DNA from: an uncultured Chloroflexia bacterium
GTDB lineage: Bacteria > Chloroflexota > Chloroflexia > Thermomicrobiales > UBA6265
Direction of reading: 5' to 3'
NCBI GenBank assembly: GCA_963737985.1
Contig: CAVTUU010000001.1
Coordinates: forward strand, 34,277-98,276
DNA: 64,000 nt
The notes beneath the pieces are model-generated. The model did no database searches, was not told the DNA's origin, and worked only from the letters and a program-made list of their open reading frames with translations. Of this stretch, positions 35,768 to 47,079 are shown piece after piece; the first letter of the stretch is position 1, and each line of letters starts with the position of its first letter. The translations under genes were made by a program, and so were the position numbers.

Positions 35768-37982
35768 TTGGCGATCGCCCTTGGACAGTGGCGAGAAGTC
35801 GCATTGAGCGACGACGAGTATGAGCTGATTCTCGAAAAACTTGGACGCGAACCAACTCCCGTCGAACTTGGAATGTTTGGCGCAATGTGGAGCGAGCATT
35901 GCGGTTATAAGCATTCCCGGCCCCTTCTCAAACAACTTCCGACGACTGCGCCTTGGGTTCTCAAGGGACCCGGGGAGAACGCAGGCGCGATCGACATTGG
36001 CGATGGGCTTGCAGTTGTCTTCAAGGTGGAGTCACATAATCATCCGAGCGCAGTTGAGCCCTATCAAGGCGCGGCGACAGGTGTTGGCGGCATCGTCCGC
36101 GATATCTTCACGATGGGTGCTCGACCAGTGGCGATCCTTGACTCGCTCCGATTTGGTCCGCTGGAGGTCGCACGTAACCGATATCTCTTTGAGAACGTTG
36201 TCGGGGGAATCGGTGGGTATGGAAACTGCCTTGGCATTCCCACCGTCGGCGGAGAGATAGCGTTTGACAAGAGCTACAACGGCAATCCGCTCGTCAACGC
36301 GATGTGCATCGGGGTGACAGAGCATGACTCGATTCATGCGCGCGAAAGCGAGTGGTCCCGGAAACGTCATCATGCTCATCGGCGCTGATACGGGCCGGGA
36401 CGGTGTCCACGGCGCGACGTTCGCCTCAGTTGACGATCCGGAAGCGTCGCATCGCGGCGTCATCCAGGTCGGCAACCCATTTCTGGAGAAGCTACTTCTT
36501 GAGGCCTGCCTCGAGCTACTGCAAGGTGACGACGTCGTTGCCATGCAAGATCTGGGCGCAGCTGGCTTAACGAGTTCGACTGTCGAATGTGCGAGCAGAG
36601 GCGAAGTCGGCGCTGAAATTGACGTCGCTCTCGTTCCTAGGCGGGCAGACAACATGACCCCTTACGAAGTCATGTTGAGTGAAAGCCAAGAACGGATGCT
36701 GCTGGTTGTTCGACCAGAAGGCGTTGAGCGAGTACAAGAAATTGTCGGTCGATGGACGCTACACGCGAACGCGATTGGGCATGTAACCGACGACGGCAAC
36801 GTTCGAATTTTGGATTCTGGGTTTGTGGTTGCGGATGTGCCCGCACGCATTTTCACCGACGATTGCCCGGCTTATGTTCGAGACGCTGCCGAGGCAAGCG
36901 AAGTCGTTGCCGCGCGGAACCGGAATCTCGATGATCTTGCGGACTTGGTCCCAGGATGTGGTGAAAACTCTGTTGGCGAAACATTGTTGCGTCTACTGTC
37001 GTCTCCCAATATCGGCAGCAGGCGATCAGTCTTCACGCGATACGACTACACGATTCAGACGAATACCGTAGTTCCGCCGGGTCGAGCTGATGCCGCCGTT
37101 TTGCGCATCAAGGGAAGTGATCGAGGCATCGCTGCCGCGATCGATTGCAATTCCCGATATTGCTGGCTCGATCCTGAACTCGGGACGATGCACGCAGTCG
37201 CTGAGGCCACCCGAAATGTTTCATGCACGGGCGCGATGCCTCTAGCGCTGACGAACTGTTTGAACTTCGGCAATCCGGAAAAGGCAGCCGGCTATTATCA
37301 GTTGTCCCGGGCAGTCGCAGGCATGGCGCGAGCCAGCAAAGCTCTTTCGGTTCCAGTTGTGAGCGGCAACGTCAGTTTGTACAACGAGACTGCGGAGTCT
37401 GCGATTTTTCCGACTCCTACCATCGGAGCGGTTGGTGTACTAGAAAACGTTCGATCACACGCGACGATGGTTTGGGGCGATGGAGAAACAGTTCTCTTGT
37501 TGGGAGATTCTGAAACGTCAATTGGCGGCTCCGAGTATCTCTCCGTCGTTCATAACTTCGTGGCCGGAGCTCCACCCGAACTTGTTTTAACTAAGGAACT
37601 CGCAGTTCAGGGCGCTGTTCGCGATCTGATCGCGCGCGGCCTCATAAAAACGGCACATGATTGCTCACTCGGAGGACTCGCCGTGGCCCTATCGGAAATG
37701 GCGCTTGCTTCCAATATCGGTATCGCAATCTCGGATGAGATTCCAGTCGGCACTAGTGGCAGGCGCGATGCATTGTGGTTTGGTGAATCAGCGTCGCGAA
37801 TCATCGTGACATGCAATGAAGCAACAACCGAGACTGTCCACGCGAGTTTGAAAGGCGCGAATCCTGAGGTGCGCGTCGAAGTCATTGGTTCAACGGGAGG
37901 ACGGGAAATACGACTTGGAGGTGATGCAGTAGTTTCTTTGGACGAAGCGCGAACACGGTACGACAGTGCGCTGGCCAATTAG
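35768..37982 (+). CDS. purL: FGAM synthase subunit PurL, interrupted by a +1 frameshift near 36333 (probable sequence error)
   Basis: N part 35768-~36334 ([24 protein letters not shown]) continues in another frame from 36336 ([34 protein letters not shown]). Confidence 0.93.
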
Positions 37983-38051
37983 CTTGGTGGAGGTACGCGG
38001 CGTCTGCAGATGGTAGACTTGAGTTGGCGAATTGGCCTGCCGGGGGAGCCG

Positions 38052-39452
38052 ATGGTGTCTGACAAACCGCACGAGGAGTGCGGAGTCTTTGGAATCTTCG
38101 CTCCAGGCGAAGATGTCGCGCGACTTACCTTCTTTGGCCTTTACGCACTTCAACATCGCGGTCAAGAAAGCGCTGGTATCGCCACGTCTGATGGCGACCG
38201 CATCTCGATCCGCACCCACCTCGGACTCGTTAACCAAGCCTTCGATGAAGAGGATCTGGAAGACCTTCCCGGCCACATCGCGGTTGGTCACGCTCGTTAT
38301 TCCACATCCGGATCGACGAATGCTTGTAACGCGGGGCCCATGGTCGCTGACACTGAGTTTGGGCCCATCGCCGTCGCCCATAATGGCAATCTTACAAACG
38401 CGTTCGCGCTGCGAGAAGAACTCGAGCTCAAGGGCGAAAGATTTTTTGCCACGTCGGATAGCGAAATTTTGACTAGACTCATCGCGCGAAGTCCCGGCGA
38501 CACCTTGGTAGAGAAGATTCGCCGGGCCATGCCGCGGATGATCGGCGCGTTCAGTTTGGCCATTCTGACGAAAGACAGATTGCTTGCGGTTCGCGATCCG
38601 CTTGGTGTCCGACCTCTGTGCATCGGTCGGCTCCGCGATCACTGGGTAGTCGCATCTGAAAGCTGCGCGCTGATGACCATCGGCGCCGACTTCGAACGCG
38701 AGGTTGAGCCCGGCGAAATCATAGAGATTTCGAGCGAAGGTCTCCAATCAAACCTATCATCTGAGCCGTCACGGCACGCGATGTGTCTGTTTGAACTCAT
38801 TTACTTTGCCCGCCCGGACAGCATCATTCAGGGCCAACGCCTTCATCTCGTTCGACAGCGAATGGGTGAGGAGTTGGCAAAGGAAGCGCCTGCCGACGCT
38901 GACATCGTCGTTGGTCTCCCAGACTCAGCAGTTCCCGCGGCAATCGGATTCGCCCGACAGTCGGGTTTGCCATACACCGAGGCGCTCATCAAGAATAGAT
39001 ACATCGGTCGAACCTTCATCCAGCCGGATCAGCATTTGCGCGAGATGGGCGTTTCACTCAAATTCAATGCCCTTCCAGAAGTGCTCGAAGGCAAGCGAGT
39101 AGTGCTCGTCGATGACACAATTGTTCGGGGTACGACGAGCAAGCCAATCGTGCAACTCCTTCGAAATGCAGGAGCCAAGGAAGTTCACATGCGCGTGCAC
39201 GCGCCACCCATGATGTGGCCGTGCTACCTCGGCGTTGATCTCGCGAGACGCGAAGAATTGATTGCCGCGAGAATGAGCGTACCCGAAATCGGGAAGTTCA
39301 TCGGCGCGGATAGCATCGGCTATCTTTCCCTTGATGGGTTGCTCAACGCGATTGGCGTCGCCTCGACAGGATTCTGCACAGGATGCCTGACTGGTCGCTA
39401 TCCCGTTCCGGTTCAACTCGAGATGGACAAACTCGTTCTCGAACGAGTCTAG
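38052..39452 (+). CDS. purF: Amidophosphoribosyltransferase
   Basis: Propeptide then EECGVFG, LQHRGQESAG, GRTFIQP, VLVDDTIVRGTT, FCTGCLTG (Fe-S ligands); RBS GGGGGAG before ATG 38052. Confidence 0.97.
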   Translation: MVSDKPHEECGVFGIFAPGEDVARLTFFGLYALQHRGQESAGIATSDGDRISIRTHLGLVNQAFDEEDLEDLPGHIAVGHARYSTSGSTNACNAGPMVADTEFGPIAVAHNGNLTNAFALREELELKGERFFATSDSEILTRLIARSPGDTLVEKIRRAMPRMIGAFSLAILTKDRLLAVRDPLGVRPLCIGRLRDHWVVASESCALMTIGADFEREVEPGEIIEISSEGLQSNLSSEPSRHAMCLFELIYFARPDSIIQGQRLHLVRQRMGEELAKEAPADADIVVGLPDSAVPAAIGFARQSGLPYTEALIKNRYIGRTFIQPDQHLREMGVSLKFNALPEVLEGKRVVLVDDTIVRGTTSKPIVQLLRNAGAKEVHMRVHAPPMMWPCYLGVDLARREELIAARMSVPEIGKFIGADSIGYLSLDGLLNAIGVASTGFCTGCLTGRYPVPVQLEMDKLVLERV

Positions 39453-39515
39453 AGAACAAGTTGCTTGAAGTCCGAGACCGGACATAGCTAAAATCTTGCG
39501 GCTCATAAAGAAGCA

Positions 39516-40682
39516 ATGGAAGAGGAGCAAACCTTGGTGCCGGATTCCGACGCCACTTCTGACGAGATTGTCGAAGCGTTACGAGAAACACCGCTCTACG
39601 AACGGCACGTCGCGTTGGGAGCCCGAATAGTTCCCTTCGCCGGATACTCGATGCCGGTGCAATATAGCGGGATCCTGAACGAACACAAAGCCGTACGCAG
39701 CGCTGCGGGATTGTTCGATCTTGGTCACATGGGACAAGTCGACGTCACCGGTCCCGACGCATTGAACTACCTGCAGTACGTGACGACGAACGACGTTTCG
39801 TCCCTCGAACCTGGACAAGCTCACTATTCGCTTCTCCCGAATGATCGGGGCGGCGTGATTGATGACATCATCATCTATCGACGTCCACGTGGCGATGGCT
39901 TCATGGTTGTCATCAATGCCTCCAATCACGAAAAAGACGTCAGCTGGCTGTTGAACCTGCGGAATATGAGGACTGATTTTGACGTCTCAGTCGAGGACAT
40001 TTCGGATCAAACTGGAATGATTGCGATTCAAGGTCCCAGAGCTGTCGAGATCGTGCAGAAATTGACAGACGCCGTTCTGCATTCGATGCCATATTTCTCG
40101 TGGCAATCGGCGAACGTCGCCGGCATTCCTTCGATGATGGCAAGAACTGGATACACGGGCGAGGATGGGTTCGAGTTCTACACGAAGATCGACCAAATCG
40201 GGGAACTTTGGGATGCGCTCCTTCAAGCAGGCAATACAGAAGGCGAGGTGCCGGTTGGACTGGGAGCTCGCGATACTCTTCGCCTCGAAGCGCGGATGCC
40301 ACTTTATGGCAACGAGTTGGGCGACGATATTAGTCCACTTGAAGCTGGGCTTGGCTGGGCAGTCAAACTCGATAAGGGCGATTTCATCGGTCGCGAGCAC
40401 ATTGCGGCGATGAAAGAACATGGCCCGCCCCGTCGTACGGTTGGATTTGCATTTACTGAACGGGCGGGATCGCCGAGATCGCATTACGACGTTCAAGTTG
40501 ATGGGCAAACGGTGGGCTACGTGACAAGCGGCGCGATGTCGCCGACTCTTGGCCAAAATATAGGATTGGCACTCGTCGATCGCGACGTTGCAGGAGTTGG
40601 CAAGCCGTTAGAGATCGTCGTTCGAGACAAGCCGGTCAAAGCAGTCCAAGTTAAAACTCCGTTTTACAAGCGAGACTACTAA
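39516..40682 (+). CDS. gcvT: Glycine cleavage system aminomethyltransferase T
   Basis: [42 protein letters not shown]. Confidence 0.97.
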   Translation: MEEEQTLVPDSDATSDEIVEALRETPLYERHVALGARIVPFAGYSMPVQYSGILNEHKAVRSAAGLFDLGHMGQVDVTGPDALNYLQYVTTNDVSSLEPGQAHYSLLPNDRGGVIDDIIIYRRPRGDGFMVVINASNHEKDVSWLLNLRNMRTDFDVSVEDISDQTGMIAIQGPRAVEIVQKLTDAVLHSMPYFSWQSANVAGIPSMMARTGYTGEDGFEFYTKIDQIGELWDALLQAGNTEGEVPVGLGARDTLRLEARMPLYGNELGDDISPLEAGLGWAVKLDKGDFIGREHIAAMKEHGPPRRTVGFAFTERAGSPRSHYDVQVDGQTVGYVTSGAMSPTLGQNIGLALVDRDVAGVGKPLEIVVRDKPVKAVQVKTPFYKRDY

Positions 40683-40727
40683 CCAATTCGACTCTCCTCA
40701 TCTGCAGGCTTGAAAGGAATGCAAAGA

Positions 40728-41117
40728 ATGGCGGCGCCGAAAGATTTGCGATTCACGAAGACGCACGAGTGGGTAAGACTCGACGGCGATGTAGCCACGC
40801 TTGGTCTGACTGACTTTGCACAAAACGAATTGGGTGACATAACATATCTTGAGCTGCCTGATGTTGGAACTTCGGTCACTCATGATGAGCCCTTCGGTGT
40901 TGTCGAATCTGTGAAAGCTGCATCAGATATCTACGCTCCAGTCGACGGCGAAGTCATTGAGCGGAACGACGCGGCGATTGATGCACCGGAAGTAGTCAAT
41001 AGCTCGCCCTATGGTGACGCATGGCTTATCAAGGTCCGGGTGGAGGATCCTGCACAAGTTGAATCGCTCATGGATCCCGCAACGTACGATGATTTCGCCG
41101 AAGCGGCGAGTCACTAA
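40728..41117 (+). CDS. gcvH: Glycine cleavage system H protein
   Basis: THEWV, GLTDFAQNELGD, VESVKAASD (lipoyl Lys), VNSSPYGDAWL. Confidence 0.97.
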   Translation: MAAPKDLRFTKTHEWVRLDGDVATLGLTDFAQNELGDITYLELPDVGTSVTHDEPFGVVESVKAASDIYAPVDGEVIERNDAAIDAPEVVNSSPYGDAWLIKVRVEDPAQVESLMDPATYDDFAEAASH

Positions 41118-41166
41118 TATTCGCAGGCAGAATTGCCAATCCACTGCGGAAGGAATCCCAACTTCA

Positions 41167-42504
41167 ATGACGTTCAATCCCCACACTCAGGCCGATCGTG
41201 AGCAAATGCTCGCCGCGATCGGTGTTGAATCAATTGACCGGCTCTTCGATGTCATTCCGGAGTCGATTCGATTCCCAAATCTCGATCTGCCGCGACTGCT
41301 TACAGAAATGGAAGCTGCAGCGCGAATGCAGCAACTAGCCAGTCGAAATTTCTTTCCCACCAACGGAAACACATTTCTCGGTGCTGGCTCCTACCATCAC
41401 TTCGTACCTGCCACGGTGGGCCAAATTCTAGCAAGGGGCGAGTTCTACACGGCGTACACGCCCTATCAACCGGAAGTCTCCCAAGGCACCCTGCAAGTCA
41501 TTTATGAGTTCCAGTCGATGGTGGCTTCGTTGCTCGGCATGGATGTCGCGAACGCGTCGATGTACGACGGCGCAACCGCGCTGGCGGAAGGCGCGTTGAT
41601 TCCCATATCGGCAACGAAGAAACGCCATCGGATCGTCGTTTCAGGAACAGTTCATCCTGGCTATCGCGAAGTCCTGAAAACCTACTGCACAGCTTTGGCG
41701 GTCGACTTGGTTGAGTTACCAGTGCCGACCGAATCTTTTGTGACGACGGTCGACGACATTCGTCCGCACCTTTCGGAAGACCTCGCCGCGGTAGTTGTTC
41801 AGTATCCTAACTTCTTTGGCGCCATCGAAGACATTGAGGCTTTGGGCGCCGCCGCGCATGACGCGGGCGGTTCGCTCGTGGTGAGCACGCTTCCTGTGCC
41901 GCTCGGTTTGCTTAAACCACCCGGCGAACTCGGGGCTGATGTAGTCGCAGCAGAAGGACAATCGCTCGGCGTTGCGCAGAGCTATGGCGGACCATACGTA
42001 GGTTTGCTCGCGACGAAGCAAGAGTTCATTCGCCAGATGCCGGGTCGTCTCGCCGGCGTCACGACCGACGCTGAAGGGAAACGCGGTTTCGTCCTCACGC
42101 TACAGACTCGCGAGCAACATATCCGCCGCGAGAAAGCGACCAGCAATATCTGCACGAATCAAGGTCTCATGGCGACTGCCGCAACCGTCTACATGGCGTC
42201 GCTCGGCCCTGAAGGATTCAAGGAGGTCGCAAACCGCTCCCATCAGAATGCTCACTATCTTGCTACTGAAATTGACAAACTCAACGGATACGACCTTGCA
42301 CTTTCGGAGCCGTTTTTCCATGAGTTTGTCGTGCGGACCCCGACATCTGGTCGCCAAATCAATGCACGCCTTGCGAACGCGGGAATTATTGGTGGCTATG
42401 ATTTGAGCAACGTCGATCCATCGCTGGATCACCATTTGCTTTTTTGCGCGACCGAGCTCAATGGCAAAGAAAGCATCGATCATTTGATCGCCGCGTTGAA
42501 GTAG
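41167..42504 (+). CDS. gcvPA: Glycine dehydrogenase subunit 1
   Basis: FLGAGSY, EFYTAYTPYQPEVSQG, NASMYDG, LQTREQHIRREKATSNICTNQ. Confidence 0.96.
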   Translation: MTFNPHTQADREQMLAAIGVESIDRLFDVIPESIRFPNLDLPRLLTEMEAAARMQQLASRNFFPTNGNTFLGAGSYHHFVPATVGQILARGEFYTAYTPYQPEVSQGTLQVIYEFQSMVASLLGMDVANASMYDGATALAEGALIPISATKKRHRIVVSGTVHPGYREVLKTYCTALAVDLVELPVPTESFVTTVDDIRPHLSEDLAAVVVQYPNFFGAIEDIEALGAAAHDAGGSLVVSTLPVPLGLLKPPGELGADVVAAEGQSLGVAQSYGGPYVGLLATKQEFIRQMPGRLAGVTTDAEGKRGFVLTLQTREQHIRREKATSNICTNQGLMATAATVYMASLGPEGFKEVANRSHQNAHYLATEIDKLNGYDLALSEPFFHEFVVRTPTSGRQINARLANAGIIGGYDLSNVDPSLDHHLLFCATELNGKESIDHLIAALK

Positions 42505-42683
42505 GCCGTTCAAATTTCAGTAGATCGGAAGAACTCGAAGAGTCTCGACGTCATTTTGTTATACTCCTTTGTCGCCCGCCAGAATTGACGGGCAGTTTGT
42601 ACGTGCCTTCGATTTCAGGTTGAAACGGTCAAGTTATCTCCAAGCGTCTGGGAAGTACGCGGAAGAAAGCGGCGAAGAACTCA

Positions 42684-44021
42684 GTGACCAAGCCAATTGT
42701 CGCCATCGTAGGACGTCCAAACGTCGGCAAGTCAACGCTATTCAACAGGTTGGTGGGCGAGCGACGAGCGATTGTCGAAGACGAGCCCGGCACGACTCGT
42801 GATCGCGTCTACGGAACGACCGATTGGGGAGGGCTCGAATTCACAGTCGTTGACACTGCCGGCCTCCAAGATGAAGAAGAAATCTCAACCTCATCACTTG
42901 TCGACATTGCCCGGTGGACAACCCAACAAGCACGGCACGCGATTGAGGAAGCTGACGTCATCCTCTTCATGGTTGATACGAAAACAGGAATCACGTCCGG
43001 CGATTTCGAAGTAGCGGAGATCCTCCGAAGAGCCGAAAAGCCGACCATCCTCGTCGCCAATAAAGCTGAGAATGCCGAACGTCGTGATAGCGCGTACGAG
43101 TTCTACAATCTCGGCCTGGGTGACGTTTTCACCATCTCCGCATATCACGGCACGGGCACGGGCGACCTCTTAGACCGAATCGTTGAAGCTCTGCCAGAGG
43201 CCGAAGATGAGCTTGAGACAGAAGGCCCGAACATCGCGATCGTCGGGCGACCGAATGTCGGTAAAAGTCGCCTGCTCAACTCTTTGCTCGGCCAGGAACG
43301 GGCAATTGTCAGCGATGTTCCGGGAACGACACGAGACAGCCTCGATACACAGCTCATTTGGGCGGGTCAACCTCTAACGCTGATCGACACCGCTGGCATT
43401 CGCCGCCGGGGCCGAATTGAACAAGGGATCGAGCGGTTCAGCGTGCTTCGTTCCATGCGAGCCATTGACCGCTCAGACGTCGTCCTTCTGCTGATTGACG
43501 CAAACGAGGGATTTACTGCCCAAGATCTACACATTGCTGGGTATGTTGAAGAGCAAAAAAAAGGCATTGTCGTTGTCGTCAACAAATGGGATCTTGTCGA
43601 AAAAGACACCAAAACGATGGACGACTACCGCGAGAAGGCTAAGGAAGAACTTGTCTTTCTGCCTTACGCATCGGTCCTCTTCATATCAGCGAAGTATGGA
43701 CAGCGCGTGCAGCAAGTCCTAGAAGAAGCGCTTTCAGTTGTCACAGAACGTCAAAAACGGATCTCCACGTCAACGCTGAATAAAGTGCTTCGCGACGCAG
43801 TCGCGAAGCACCCACCGCCGAGCAAGCCCGGCAAATGGATCAAGTTCTATTACGCGACACAAGTCGATGTCGCCCCGCCAACGTTCGTGTTTTTTTGCAA
43901 CGATCCGGCATCGATCCATTTTTCGTATCGCCGGTACCTTGAGAACGAGTTGCGCGCGACGTGTGGATTCCACGGAACGCCCATTCGAATGAGCTTCCGC
44001 GGCCGTGAGGAGGCCGTTTAA
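42684..44021 (+). CDS. der: Ribosome biogenesis GTPase Der (EngA)
   Basis: Two GRPNVGKS G-domains, GTTRD, DTAG, C-terminal PPTFVFF...YRRYLEN. Confidence 0.98.
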   Translation: MTKPIVAIVGRPNVGKSTLFNRLVGERRAIVEDEPGTTRDRVYGTTDWGGLEFTVVDTAGLQDEEEISTSSLVDIARWTTQQARHAIEEADVILFMVDTKTGITSGDFEVAEILRRAEKPTILVANKAENAERRDSAYEFYNLGLGDVFTISAYHGTGTGDLLDRIVEALPEAEDELETEGPNIAIVGRPNVGKSRLLNSLLGQERAIVSDVPGTTRDSLDTQLIWAGQPLTLIDTAGIRRRGRIEQGIERFSVLRSMRAIDRSDVVLLLIDANEGFTAQDLHIAGYVEEQKKGIVVVVNKWDLVEKDTKTMDDYREKAKEELVFLPYASVLFISAKYGQRVQQVLEEALSVVTERQKRISTSTLNKVLRDAVAKHPPPSKPGKWIKFYYATQVDVAPPTFVFFCNDPASIHFSYRRYLENELRATCGFHGTPIRMSFRGREEAV

Positions 44022-44661
44022 CGTGAGTGACCTCGGTGGTTTAGCCATGATCGTTCTGGCTTTTGCACTTGGCGCGATCCCTTGGGGAGTTGTCCTCGGC
44101 CGAGTCCTTCATCGAACTGATCTTCGGGATCATGGGAGTGGCAATATCGGTACGACGAACGCCTACCGTGTGCTGGGTTGGCGATTCTCTGTCGCCGTGA
44201 TGGCGCTGGATATCCTCAAAGGAGCGTTTCCGGTCCTGCTCACGAGATGGTTAGGCGGCGGCGATTGGTTGCAAGCCATCGTCGCGGTGACGACTGTTGC
44301 CGGCCACTGTTGGTCTCCGTTTATTGGTTTCCGCGGCGGAAAGGGCGTTGCGACGACCGCCGGTGCGGCGGCAGCGCTTACGCCATGGGTTTTGCTCGCG
44401 TTTCCCTTAATGGTCGGTATCGTTGCTCGTTGGCGATATGTGTCGCTCGCCTCAATTATTGGCGTGATTTCCGCGGCCCTAGGAGTTACCGTCGCCTTTT
44501 TCATTGGTCGTGGAAACGCGTCCTGGGTATTCGCGCTTTGGGCGATGACCGCGATCATTGTCTTCCAGCACCGAACAAATATCGACCGGTTGCGAAGTGG
44601 CAGCGAGCGCAGATTAACCAGGCGGAAGCGGGTGGCGACCGCAGGTCATGCGCTTCGCTAG
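44022..44661 (+). CDS. plsY: Glycerol-3-phosphate acyltransferase PlsY
   Basis: LGAIPWG, GSGNIGTTNAYR, DILKG, GHCWSPFIGFRGGKGVAT, HRTNIDRL; start uncertain (GTG near 44022 or ATG 44047). Confidence 0.95.
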
Positions 44662-44675
44662 ACCATTGCACCAGT

Positions 44676-45662
44676 CTACGAATCGCCCGTTGAGTACCCA
44701 TCCGGATGTCGATTCATCCATGCCCATGTGCTGCCAATCATCTGATCCAACGTTGATCGGATTGGATTCCAGCCGAGAACCGTTCGGGCTCGCGTCGAGT
44801 CGGCGACAAGCGCCGGCGGATCTCCTGCTCTGCGTTCCGCCATCTCCACCGAGAGTTTCTTTCCCGTAACTTCTTCGATGCCTCGGGCGATTTGCTTCAC
44901 GGAGAACCCCTCGCGAGTGCCCAAATTGAACGCGCCGAGCGGGGAATCAAGTTTCTCAAGAGCAAGCAAATGGGCGTCAACGAGATCGACAACGTGGACG
45001 TAGTCACGGATAGCGGTGCCGTCCGGAGTCGGATAATCAGTGCCAAAAATGTGAAATACCGTTCCGGGTTCTTGGAGCGTCGCTAGGGCCGCCGGAATGA
45101 CGTGGGTTTCCGGTCGATGGTCTTCACCGTGGTTGTCAGTGGCGCCTGCAACATTAAAGTAACGCATTGAGGCGAAGTTCAATCCATAGGCTGACTCATG
45201 CCACTCGAGCATTTGTTCAACCATGAGCTTCGAGCGACCATACGGATTTATCGGGTTCAATGAATTGGATTCAGAAATAGGAATAGTCTCTACGGCCCCG
45301 TAAACAGCTGCGGTCGAGGAAAAGACAAACTTTCGGATTTGCGCTTCGTTCATTGCCGCCAGAAGATTGTGACTGCCTACAACATTGACACCGAAGTAGT
45401 GAGCGGGGTGTTCGACCGACTCGCCGACTAAGGCGGCGGCGGCGAAATGCATGACTGCATCGGCTTTGGAACGACGCACGGTCTCTGACGTCTTGATTCC
45501 ATCCCGAAGGTCAACGTCAATAAATTGGACGTTGTTTTCAAGAGCAGATCGATGTCCGCGCCAAAGATTGTCAAGTCCGATAACTTCATGTCCCGCCGCG
45601 GTCAATCGCTCGACCGCGATACTGCCGATGTAGCCGGCTGCGCCGGTCACAAGTACCCTCAC
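44676..45662 (-). CDS. galE: UDP-glucose 4-epimerase
   Basis: GTG start after AGGGGGAG; VTGAAGYIGS, FSSTAAVYG, PYGRSK, RYFNVAGA, DGTAIRDYVHV. Confidence 0.96.
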   Translation of the reverse strand: MRVLVTGAAGYIGSIAVERLTAAGHEVIGLDNLWRGHRSALENNVQFIDVDLRDGIKTSETVRRSKADAVMHFAAAALVGESVEHPAHYFGVNVVGSHNLLAAMNEAQIRKFVFSSTAAVYGAVETIPISESNSLNPINPYGRSKLMVEQMLEWHESAYGLNFASMRYFNVAGATDNHGEDHRPETHVIPAALATLQEPGTVFHIFGTDYPTPDGTAIRDYVHVVDLVDAHLLALEKLDSPLGAFNLGTREGFSVKQIARGIEEVTGKKLSVEMAERRAGDPPALVADSTRARTVLGWNPIRSTLDQMIGSTWAWMNRHPDGYSTGDS

Positions 45663-45797
45663 AGACTCCCCCTTGATCGCAACGAATGAACCAGCGGCGG
45701 CGAGACTGCATGGTACACTTGCCGCGCAAAAAACAAAGACCGATCCTCGGGTCGGTTTGTAACGCAGTTTCTCGTAAAGGCCCCAAAAGGAGCGACT

Positions 45798-47060
45798 ATG
45801 CACGCGGTGATGACGCTTCGCCAAACGGACCCAGCGGTCGCCGCGGCCATCGACGGCGAGCGCGCTCGCCAGCGTGATGGAATTGAGCTCATCGCCTCCG
45901 AGAACTTTACCAGTGCGGCAGTTCTACGTGCTGTCGGTAGTGTTCTAACCAACAAATACGCCGAGGGATATCCGGGTAAGCGCTATTACGGCGGCTGCCG
46001 CTATGTCGACGATATTGAAAATCTCGCCCGTGATCGCGCGACGCACCTCTTCGGGGCCGAGCATGCCAATGTACAACCTCATTCAGGCGCAAACGCGAAT
46101 ATGGCGGCCTATCTCGCACTCATGGAACCAGGCGACAAGATCCTAGGCCTCAGTTTGCAGGAAGGCGGGCACCTGACCCATGGTCTTGCGGTCAACTTTT
46201 CCGGTCGGCTGTTCGATGCGCATTTTTACGGCGTGGATTCTAAGACCGGTCTCATCGACTACGAGGAGGTCTTAGCTACAGCAAAGGAAGTTCGGCCCAA
46301 AGGTATCATCGCTGGAGCCAGTGCCTACAGCCGTAAAATCGATTTTGCGAAGTTCCGCGAAATAGCGGACGAGGTTGGTGCGTTCCTTTTCGCCGACATT
46401 GCCCATCCGGCGGGACTCATCGCCGCTGGACTACATCCATCTCCGATTCGACACGCGCATATCACGATGACGACCACCCACAAAACGTTGCGCGGACCCC
46501 GGGGCGGGATGATCCTAACCAGCGAAGAATACGGAAAGGCGATCGACAAGACAGTCTTCCCTGGACTCCAGGGCGGACCATTGATGCACGTGATCGCGGG
46601 CAAAGCTGTGGCATTAGGGGAGGCGTTGCAGCCCGAATTCAAGGATTACGCCCAGCGGATCATCGACAACGCCAAAGTGCTTGCCCAGGGACTCACTGAA
46701 GGCGGGCTGCCGATCATTTCCGGAGGCACGGATACACATCTTATGCTGGTCGATGTTGGGGTCATTGGTCTAAGCGGAAAACAAGCAGAATCTGCGCTCG
46801 ACCGAGCCGGAATCACTGTCAACAAAAACACCATACCGGGTGACACCAGACCGCCGACTCAAGCGAGTGGTATCCGAGTTGGTACTCCCGCTGTCACTAC
46901 GCGTGGCTTCGGAGAGAGCGAGATGTCGCGTATCGCGCAGCTCATCACCACGGTCCTAAATGCTCCCGAAGATGAGCGAGTGCTAGCAAACGCAACTGAC
47001 GAGGTTCAGTCTCTAACCGCTAGATTCCCGGTGCCCGGCATCGACGACCTCGATTTCTAG
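45798..47060 (+). CDS. glyA: Serine hydroxymethyltransferase
   Basis: [41 protein letters not shown]. Confidence 0.98.
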   Translation: MHAVMTLRQTDPAVAAAIDGERARQRDGIELIASENFTSAAVLRAVGSVLTNKYAEGYPGKRYYGGCRYVDDIENLARDRATHLFGAEHANVQPHSGANANMAAYLALMEPGDKILGLSLQEGGHLTHGLAVNFSGRLFDAHFYGVDSKTGLIDYEEVLATAKEVRPKGIIAGASAYSRKIDFAKFREIADEVGAFLFADIAHPAGLIAAGLHPSPIRHAHITMTTTHKTLRGPRGGMILTSEEYGKAIDKTVFPGLQGGPLMHVIAGKAVALGEALQPEFKDYAQRIIDNAKVLAQGLTEGGLPIISGGTDTHLMLVDVGVIGLSGKQAESALDRAGITVNKNTIPGDTRPPTQASGIRVGTPAVTTRGFGESEMSRIAQLITTVLNAPEDERVLANATDEVQSLTARFPVPGIDDLDF

Positions 47061-47079
47061 CGTTCTGTAGCGACCGTCA

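Noticed and set aside
39453-39515. Glycine riboswitch before gcvT
   Set aside because: The gap is only 63 nt and has no aptamer motifs.
42559-42683. Leader of der with hairpin GCCCG/CGGGC after TGTTATACT
   Set aside because: A single short stem; not enough to claim a regulatory RNA.
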